DNA of 16,143 nucleotides, from assembly GCA_052390515.1 (NCBI GenBank), contig JBQTGV010000198.1, positions 1 through 16,143 of the forward strand, written 5' to 3'. Shown piece by piece: positions 7,701 to 13,169 of this stretch. The first letter of the stretch is position 1. Each line of letters starts with the position of its first letter. The notes under the pieces are model-generated. The model was not told where the DNA came from, ran no database searches, and worked only from the letters and a program-made list of their open reading frames with translations. Position numbers and translations under genes: made by a program. The stretch comes from Candidatus Eiseniibacteriota bacterium. GTDB taxonomy: Bacteria > ARS69.

Positions 7701-8066
7701 TTCGTCGTCGGCGGGGGCGAGACGCTGCAGCCCGTGTTGTACAGCCTGGCGGTGGAGCGCGCGCTCGGCGAGACCGTGTCCGAGGCGCGGCTCTCGTTCT
7801 GCACGAGCCGCGGAAGCTTCGCCGACCGCCGCGTGCAGATCAGCGACTGGTCCAGGCTCCAGGGGAAGCAGGCGCTCGAGCTGATCGGGCGCGCCATCGA
7901 GCGGGGTGTCCTCGTTCCCGCGCCGCGCGGGAAGACGCGCACCGCGCCGGGCGCGTGCTCGGTGTGCGACTTCCGGCGAGTCTGCGGGCCGAACGAGGAA
8001 CGGCGCATCCAGGGGAAGGACCAGGCGATGCTGGAGGAACTGCACGACCTCCGGGAGCTGCCATGA
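4734..8066 (+). CDS. addB: AddB/RexB-like helicase-nuclease subunit B: inactive UvrD-like fold plus Fe-S PD-(D/E)XK nuclease, 1110 aa
   Basis: This is the genuine part of ORF 2568..8066, starting MAARSPFEVF. It has the helicase-like remnants APGEARECVEIARHV..RGVRLDEMAVLLR, RGRVFRVVFAPGLAERLFP and ERLVLSYPR. Nuclease motifs are YSATALERFAACPYRFF, GKLVHE, LRGAVDLLE, VTDHKTG and LQPVLYSLA. Four Cys (7170, 7956, 7965, 7983) fit the AddB iron-staple pattern. There is an ATGA overlap with the downstream helicase. Confidence 0.88.
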   Translation: MAARSPFEVFAAPSARERLTRARDFVRSFPAGTEVVIVGPSRAAVDDFVREVARDGAAFGLHRFSFWQLVSTVAAAEIATEGLAPATPLGMQSVAARAAFQAMRAGKLARLDRVAAFPGFPAALAATLDELRREEIPARDLRHYPELTDLAELADLFEKESARTRTADRAALLKLATWAWHRPQHVRLRGAPLLLLDLPVAGRLEEGFLAPPLAGGPSALATVPAGDERTLDALRRLGAVEAPAPRRATAAEPALARLRSWVFAADEPPVADKDDSVRFLSAPGEARECVEIARHVLREAARGVRLDEMAVLLRAPETYSAHVETAFRRAGIAAFFSRGARRPDPSGRAFLALLACAAERLSANRFAEYLSFAEVPDADAAGAPPSREVWVGAMEETLGPAGAGTDSPGSDGLQLALPFGEPASPPPPPPAADAPVQRGALRAPWRWERFLVEAAVIGGQDRWRRRLRGLERELVLKIERLSAEEPESARLFALERSLAELGHLERFALPLIEQLAAFPREADWGEWLRIFELLVPRALRHPERVLEVLAEMRPMSTVGPATLDEVRAVLAERLSTLEEEPPPSRWGRVFVGTPESARGRVFRVVFAPGLAERLFPRRPREDPLLLDDARETLGGKLRLQKQRDDDERLLLQLAAGAAGERLVLSYPRLDVAEARPRVPSFYMLDVARAIHGALPAHEELAREAEREGGARLAWPSPGEPDAAIDAVEHDLAVLGELLRSPARADLRGRARYLLSLNPHLGRSLRSRWVRWRPRWAPQDGIMRVAEHTREALAAYSPREHVYSATALERFAACPYRFFLSAVHRLEPREEAQAPVQLDPLTKGKLVHEVQARALRRLRDAGALPVLPETLRDATAALDSVLDDVAQRYDEDIAPAIPRVWQDEIAAIRADLRIWLRRLAHEAPEWTPVHFEWTFGLPADGPAEPRSVREPVELPGGWKLRGAVDLLERREDGALRVTDHKTGADRTNPGFVVGGGETLQPVLYSLAVERALGETVSEARLSFCTSRGSFADRRVQISDWSRLQGKQALELIGRAIERGVLVPAPRGKTRTAPGACSVCDFRRVCGPNEERRIQGKDQAMLEELHDLRELP

Positions 8067-11000
8067 AGGTGGCCTCGGGCGAGCTGGTCGACGCGGTCGA
8101 GAGGGCACGCATCCGCTCCGATCTCGGGACGACGTTCGTGGTGGAGGCCGCGGCCGGCACGGGCAAGACGACCGAGCTGGTGCGGCGGATCGTCGAGGCG
8201 CTCGCCACCGGCGCGCACGTGGGACGGGTCGTGGCGGTCACGTTCACGGAGAAGGCCGCGGGGGAGATGAAGCTGCGCCTGCGCGCGGGCCTGGAGCGGG
8301 CGCGCCGCGACGCGCAGGCGGACAGCGAACGGCGCCGCAACCTGGTCGCGGCGCTGGCTCGCCTGGAGGAGGCCCGCGTCGACACGATCCACGCGTTCTG
8401 CCGTGATCTGCTCCGCGAGCGCTCGGTGGAGGCCGGAGTGGACCCGAGGTTCGAGGTTCTCCCCGAGCCGGAAGCGGAGCGCGTCTACGGCGAAGCCTTC
8501 CACCTCTGGCTCCAGCAGCAGCTTACCGACCCTCCGGAAGGGGTGCGAAGATCGCTGCGCCGCGCCGTTCGTGGCGGAGCCGACTCCCGCGACGGTCCCG
8601 TCGAGCGGCTGCGCCGCGCGGGATGGGCCCTGCTGCAGTGGCGGGATCACCCCGCTCCGTGGCGCCGCGACCCGTTCGACCGGGACGCGGAGGTCGACGC
8701 GCTGTTCTCTTCCGTCGTCGAGTTCGCCGAGCTCAGCGCGCGCTGCTCGAAGAAGGAGAAGGACTACCTCTACCTCGACACCGAACCGGCGAGGCGTCTC
8801 GTGCGGGAAGTGCAGATGGCCGAGGAGGTGCGGTCCCGGGACCACGACGGGCTCGAGGCCGCGCTCGTGGACCTGGCGCACGACCGGAACTTCCCGAGGG
8901 TGCGGCGGGGCGCGGGCGCGGCGTACGGGCCGGATCTCCCGCGCGCCGACGTGCACGACGCCCACCAGAAGATCTTGGGCCGGCTGCGGGAGTTCCAGCG
9001 GGCGGCCGACGCCGACCTCGCGGCGGTGCTGCGGCGGGAGCTGGCCGAGACGATCGGCCGCTACGAGACGCTCAAGAGCCGCACGGGTCGCGTGGACTTC
9101 CTCGACCTGCTGCTGCGCGCCCGCGATCTCGTCCGCGACGACCCGACCGTTCGGGCGGAGTTCCAGCAACGCTTCACGCACCTCTTCGTCGACGAGTTCC
9201 AGGACACGGATCCCCTGCAGGCCGAGGTGCTGCTGCTGCTCGCCGCGGACGATCCCAGCGTCTCGAACTGGCGAGAAGCGAGACCGAAGCCGGGGAAGCT
9301 CTTCCTCGTCGCCGATCCGAAGCAGTCCATCTATCGCTTCCGCCGCGCGGACGTCGGCCTCTACCACGAGATCCGCGATCTCCTGGTCCGGCGCGACGCG
9401 GAGCTGCTGCATTTGACGACGAGCTTCCGCTCGGTGCGCGGGATCCAGGACCTGGTGAACGCGGCCTTCCCGGAGTTCCTCGACGGTGACGCGGACGCGC
9501 AGCAGGCGGCCTGGGTGGAGCTCTCCACCCACCGCGAGGACCCGCCCGATCAGCCCGCAGTCGTGGTGCTGCCCGTGCCGAGGCCGTACGGCCGCGGGGG
9601 GCATCTGGCGAAGGTCGCCATCGAGAAGTCCTATCCCGACGCGGTCGGCGCGTTCGTGCAGTGGCTGCTGGACGAGAGCGGCTGGGAGGTGACCGAACGG
9701 GACGGGGAGGGCGGGCGGGTTCCGGTCGCGGCGCGCCACGTCTGTCTCCTGTTCCGTCGCTTCGACAGCCTGTTCGCCGGTGATCTCACGCGCCCGTACG
9801 TGGAGGCGCTCGAGGCGCGCGGCGTTCGCCACCTGCTCGTCGGCGGGCGCTCGTTCCACGACCGCGAGGAGGTGGAGACGCTGCGAACCGCCCTCACCGC
9901 CGTGGAGTGGCCGGAGGACGAGCTCTCCGTCTTCGCCACGCTGCGCGGCTCGCTCTTCGCCATCGGAGACGAGGAGCTCCTCGAATACAGACACCGCTGG
10001 AAACGGCTGCACCCCTTCCGCGTTCCCGAGGACCTCCCGGAGCGGCTCGAGTCCGTGGGTCAGGCGCTCCGCGTCGTCGCGGACCTCTCACGCGGGCGGA
10101 ACCGGCGCCCGATCGCGGAGACGGTCAGCCGGCTGCTGGAAGCCACGCGAGCGCACGCCGGTTTCGCCCTTCGCCCCTCCGGAGAGCAGGCTCTCGCCAA
10201 CGTGCTGCACGTCGCCGAGCAGGCCCGGAACTACGAGCGCGCCGGCGGCATCTCGTTCCGCGGATTCGTGGAGCGCCTCGACGACGACGCCGAGGGCCGC
10301 AAGTCGGAGGAGGCGCCGATCCTCGAGGAAGGCAGCGAAGGCGTGCGCCTCATGACCGTTCATCGGGCGAAAGGTCTGGAGTTTCCGGTCGTCGTGCTCG
10401 CCGATCCGACGGCGACGCTGGCGTTCGAGAACCCCGACCGCGCCGTCGACGCTGCGGGCGGGCTGGCCGCGGTCCGCCTGGCGGGCTGCGCGCCGGTGGA
10501 GCTCGGTGAATCGCGGGAGCGCGAGGTGAAGCGGGACGCCGCCGAGGGCGTTCGCCTGGCGTACGTGGCCGCCACGCGTGCGCGTGATCTCCTCGTCGTC
10601 CCCGCGGTCGGCGACGAGCGCTTCCAGGATGTTCGCGGCCAAGACAATCCCGCGCGCGGCGGCTGGCTCTCGCCGCTCTACGACGCCATCTACCCGCCGC
10701 GAGATTCCTGGGGCGAGGGCGAGGCGGCGAAGGGACTTCCACCCTTCGGCAGCGACAGCGTGCTGGATCGGCCGTTCGACGTGGGCGCGGCGCAGGCGAG
10801 CGTCCGGCCGGGCCGGCACCGCATCGGAGGCCATTCGGTCGTGTGGTGGGATCCCGCGCTGCTCGCCCTCGGGGCGACCCCGCCGTTCGGCATTCGCCGC
10901 GAGGAGCTGCTGAGCAAGGACGTGGACGAGACGGTCGTGCAGAAGGATGCGCACCGGCACGACGCCTGGGCGAAGCGCCGCGAGGAGCTGCTGGCGGCCG

Positions 11001-11545
11001 CGTCTGTGCCGGACCTCGACGTGCGCACCGCGCGGACGTGGGCGCAGACCTCCCGGGAAGCGGCCAACGTCGAGACGATCGACCTTCCCCGCGCTGCGGG
11101 CCGGCCGTCGGGGCCTCGCTTCGGCGCGCTCGTGCACGCCGCGCTGGCCACGGTTCCGCTCGATGCCGACGCAGACCGGATCCGCCAGATCGCCGAGCTC
11201 CAGGCGCGCATTCTCGGGGCTCCGCCACAGGAGACGGCGGCGGCCACGCGCGTCGTGGCCGAGGTGCTGAAGCACCCGCTGCTCGCTCGCGCGCGGCTGG
11301 CCGAGGAGCGCGGCGACTGCCGCCGCGAGACGCCGGTCACGGATCGGCTGGGCGACGGCGTGCTCGTCGAGGGAGTCGTGGATCTCGCATTCCGCGAGAA
11401 CGGACGCTGGACGGTCGTGGACTTCAAGACCGATCGGGAGGCCGAGGCGGATCTGGAGGCGTATCGCCGGCAGGTGAGCCTCTACGCTTCGATCATCGCG
11501 CGGGCGACGGCGGAACCGGCGACGCCGCTGCTCCTGCGCATCTGA
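8063..11545 (+). CDS. addA: AddA/RexA-like ATP-dependent helicase-nuclease subunit A: UvrD SF1 helicase plus C-terminal RecB-type nuclease, 1160 aa
   Basis: Starts at the ATGA overlap (8063). Helicase motifs are Walker A AAAGTGKT (8147-8170), VTFTEKAAGEMK, TIHAFC, DEFQDT, VADPKQSIYRFRRAD, TSFRS, MTVHRAKGLEF and RLAYVAATRARD. Nuclease motifs are GALVH, EGVVDL, VVDFKT and RQVSLY. Confidence 0.92.
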   Translation: MKVASGELVDAVERARIRSDLGTTFVVEAAAGTGKTTELVRRIVEALATGAHVGRVVAVTFTEKAAGEMKLRLRAGLERARRDAQADSERRRNLVAALARLEEARVDTIHAFCRDLLRERSVEAGVDPRFEVLPEPEAERVYGEAFHLWLQQQLTDPPEGVRRSLRRAVRGGADSRDGPVERLRRAGWALLQWRDHPAPWRRDPFDRDAEVDALFSSVVEFAELSARCSKKEKDYLYLDTEPARRLVREVQMAEEVRSRDHDGLEAALVDLAHDRNFPRVRRGAGAAYGPDLPRADVHDAHQKILGRLREFQRAADADLAAVLRRELAETIGRYETLKSRTGRVDFLDLLLRARDLVRDDPTVRAEFQQRFTHLFVDEFQDTDPLQAEVLLLLAADDPSVSNWREARPKPGKLFLVADPKQSIYRFRRADVGLYHEIRDLLVRRDAELLHLTTSFRSVRGIQDLVNAAFPEFLDGDADAQQAAWVELSTHREDPPDQPAVVVLPVPRPYGRGGHLAKVAIEKSYPDAVGAFVQWLLDESGWEVTERDGEGGRVPVAARHVCLLFRRFDSLFAGDLTRPYVEALEARGVRHLLVGGRSFHDREEVETLRTALTAVEWPEDELSVFATLRGSLFAIGDEELLEYRHRWKRLHPFRVPEDLPERLESVGQALRVVADLSRGRNRRPIAETVSRLLEATRAHAGFALRPSGEQALANVLHVAEQARNYERAGGISFRGFVERLDDDAEGRKSEEAPILEEGSEGVRLMTVHRAKGLEFPVVVLADPTATLAFENPDRAVDAAGGLAAVRLAGCAPVELGESREREVKRDAAEGVRLAYVAATRARDLLVVPAVGDERFQDVRGQDNPARGGWLSPLYDAIYPPRDSWGEGEAAKGLPPFGSDSVLDRPFDVGAAQASVRPGRHRIGGHSVVWWDPALLALGATPPFGIRREELLSKDVDETVVQKDAHRHDAWAKRREELLAAASVPDLDVRTARTWAQTSREAANVETIDLPRAAGRPSGPRFGALVHAALATVPLDADADRIRQIAELQARILGAPPQETAAATRVVAEVLKHPLLARARLAEERGDCRRETPVTDRLGDGVLVEGVVDLAFRENGRWTVVDFKTDREAEADLEAYRRQVSLYASIIARATAEPATPLLLRI

Positions 11546-11558
11546 AGGGAAGGGCGAA

Positions 11559-12131
11559 GTGAGCGCGAGAAAGCTCGTCCGCTGCGAGTGGTGCGGCTCG
11601 GATCCCCTGCTCGGCTCGTATCACGACGAGGAGTGGGGAGTCCCGCTGCACGACGACCGCAGGCTCTTCGAGTTCCTAATCCTGGAGGGGGCCCAGGCCG
11701 GGCTCGCCTGGATCACCATCCTGCGCAAGCGCGAGGGCTACCGGGCGGCGTTCGACGGGTTCGACCCGGAGCGGATCGCGAGGTACGACCGCCGGAAGGT
11801 CGCCGCGCTCCTCCGCGACCCTGGAATCGTGCGCAATCGGCTCAAGGTGGAGGGAACCGTGAGGAACGCTCGGGCGTTCCTGGATCTCGTAGAAGAGATG
11901 GGCTCCTTTGACGAGTTCCTGTGGGGCTTCGTCGGGGGGAAGCCCGTCCGGAACCGCTGGAAATCTCTCCGCGAGGTACCTTCGGAGACGCCGGAGGCAC
12001 GCAACCTGAGCAAGGGGCTGAAGCGCCGCGGGTTCACCTTCGTCGGTCCCACCATCTGCTATGCGTTCATGCAGGCCACCGGCATGGTGAACGACCACGT
12101 CACCGGCTGCTTCCGCTACCGGCAGGTGTGA
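11559..12131 (+). CDS. tag: DNA-3-methyladenine glycosylase I
   Basis: Motifs RCEW..YHDEEWG, LFEFLILEGAQAGLAWITILRKREGYRAAF, IVRNRLK and LKRRGFTFVGPTICYAFMQATGMVNDHVTGC. The Cys/His/His/Cys Zn ligands of Tag are present. It starts 13 nt after the addA stop. Confidence 0.96.
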   Translation: MSARKLVRCEWCGSDPLLGSYHDEEWGVPLHDDRRLFEFLILEGAQAGLAWITILRKREGYRAAFDGFDPERIARYDRRKVAALLRDPGIVRNRLKVEGTVRNARAFLDLVEEMGSFDEFLWGFVGGKPVRNRWKSLREVPSETPEARNLSKGLKRRGFTFVGPTICYAFMQATGMVNDHVTGCFRYRQV

Positions 12132-12147
12132 GGGGGGATGCCCCCTT
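12131..12147 (+). terminator. Short hairpin directly after tag, a possible weak terminator or pause site
   Basis: AGGGGG-GATG-CCCCCT forms a 6-bp stem but has no real U tract. Confidence 0.2.
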
Positions 12148-12174
12148 GCCAGAAGCCCCGATCCGCCGCAGCAT
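12146..12174 (+). promoter_or_regulatory. Candidate sigma70-type promoter for ompH/skp
   Basis: TTGCCA (12146-12151), 17-bp spacer, CAGCAT (12169-12174). A Shine-Dalgarno-like AGGGAG precedes ATG 12221. Confidence 0.35.
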
Positions 12175-12220
12175 GACCGGAGTTTCCGACCCGCCGCTTC
12201 CAGACTCCAGGGAGACGTTC

Positions 12221-12757
12221 ATGATTCGATTCGTAGCGCTGCTGATTCTCGTCCTCGTCCCGGCCGCCGCCGCGCAGGACCGGATCGGCTACGCCAACCT
12301 CGACCTGATCGTGGCGAAGATGCCCGAGTACCGGCAGGTGTCCGATCAGCTCGAGGCCTATCAGGAGGAGCTCGTGAAGGCGCTAGAAACGAAGCGGGCG
12401 TACGCGCAGCAGAAGCTGGTCGAGGCCCGGGACGCCGAGGCCGCCGGGATCGTCTCGGACGAGAAGCTGGGCGAGTACGAGACGGAGCTTCGCCGGCTCG
12501 ACCGGGAGATCAAGGACTCCGCGCGGGACTCGGATGAGAAGCTCATGGATCGTCGCAACGAGCTCATGGCGCCGGTGATCGAGAAGCTGCAGGGGACGGT
12601 GAAGCAGGTGGCCGAGGCCGAGGGCTACACGCACGTGCTGAACATGCTCGACGGGACAGGTACTTCGGTACTGCTGTGGGGCGTCGAGGAGCGCAACCTG
12701 ACCGAGAAGATCCTTGCAGCTCTTGGGATTCCGGCGGAAGAAACGGCGGCGAAGTAA
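12221..12757 (+). CDS. skp: OmpH/Skp family periplasmic outer-membrane-protein chaperone, 178 aa
   Basis: Signal peptide MIRFVALLILVLVPAAAA|Q, then RIGYANLDLIVAKMPEY, a long coiled-coil, and PVIEKLQGTVKQVAEAEGYTHVLN...NLTEKILAALG. The ribosome-binding site is AGGGAG. Confidence 0.9.
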   Translation: MIRFVALLILVLVPAAAAQDRIGYANLDLIVAKMPEYRQVSDQLEAYQEELVKALETKRAYAQQKLVEARDAEAAGIVSDEKLGEYETELRRLDREIKDSARDSDEKLMDRRNELMAPVIEKLQGTVKQVAEAEGYTHVLNMLDGTGTSVLLWGVEERNLTEKILAALGIPAEETAAK

Positions 12758-12809
12758 CGGCGCGAAGGGCGGGGCTTCCACCGATCGCCGGAAACGGGCT
12801 AAAGCGGCC

Positions 12810-13076
12810 GTGCAGCTCACCACGGATCCGGCGGCGGACAATCACCCGTGCTGGTCGCCGGACGGCGAGATGATCGCCTTCGATTCGGCGCGATCCGGGA
12901 ACTTCGACATCTGGACCATGCCGGCAGCCTGCGGTGCCGCGACGCGCGTCACCGGCAGCACCTACCGGAACGGAAACCTGGACATCGCCGTCGTCCCGGT
13001 CACGCTCGCGACCGCGGTGTCGAACGCCGGACTGCAGTCGTTCTCGTGGGGGCTCGTGAAGGCGCGGTATCGCTAG
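12810..13076 (+). pseudogene. Truncated TolB-like (PD40 repeat) protein remnant with a C-terminal SWGxVKAxYR motif
   Basis: Reads VQLTTDPAADNHPCWSPDGEMIAFDSARSGNFDIWTMP (one complete PD40 repeat), then a partial repeat ATRVT-GSTY-RNGNLDIAVVP, then TAVSNAGLQSFSWGLVKARYR*. It has no signal peptide, no clear RBS and too few blades for a propeller. Confidence 0.6.
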
Positions 13077-13111
13077 TATGCCGTGGGGCGACACGCGCGT
13101 CACTCGCGGGC

Positions 13112-13140
13112 TGGCCATCGCCCCCGTACTCCCCTACCAT
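13112..13140 (+). promoter_or_regulatory. Candidate sigma70-type promoter for the flavoprotein-polyferredoxin gene
   Basis: TGGCCA (13112-13117), 17-bp spacer, TACCAT (13135-13140). GAGG at 13161-13164 precedes ATG 13170. Confidence 0.35.
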
Positions 13141-13169
13141 TCCAGTCACCGACCGCCACCGAGGCCGCG

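Noticed and set aside
7130..8000. Cas4-like Fe-S nuclease suggesting a CRISPR or defence system
   Set aside because: This is the standard AddB nuclease domain. No cas genes or repeat-spacer array are visible.
7505..8062. N-terminal extension of AddA in the ORF track
   Set aside because: It overlaps the addB nuclease domain out of frame. The ATGA overlap at 8063, just before Walker A, is the natural start.
4683..11427. Long antisense ORFs (4683..8108, 7175..10012, 10088..11275 and others)
   Set aside because: They mirror addB/addA codon structure and carry no motifs, as expected at this GC content.
11921..12220. Extended N-terminus of the OmpH ORF (278 aa)
   Set aside because: It overlaps tag. 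The RBS and signal peptide identify ATG 12221 as the start.
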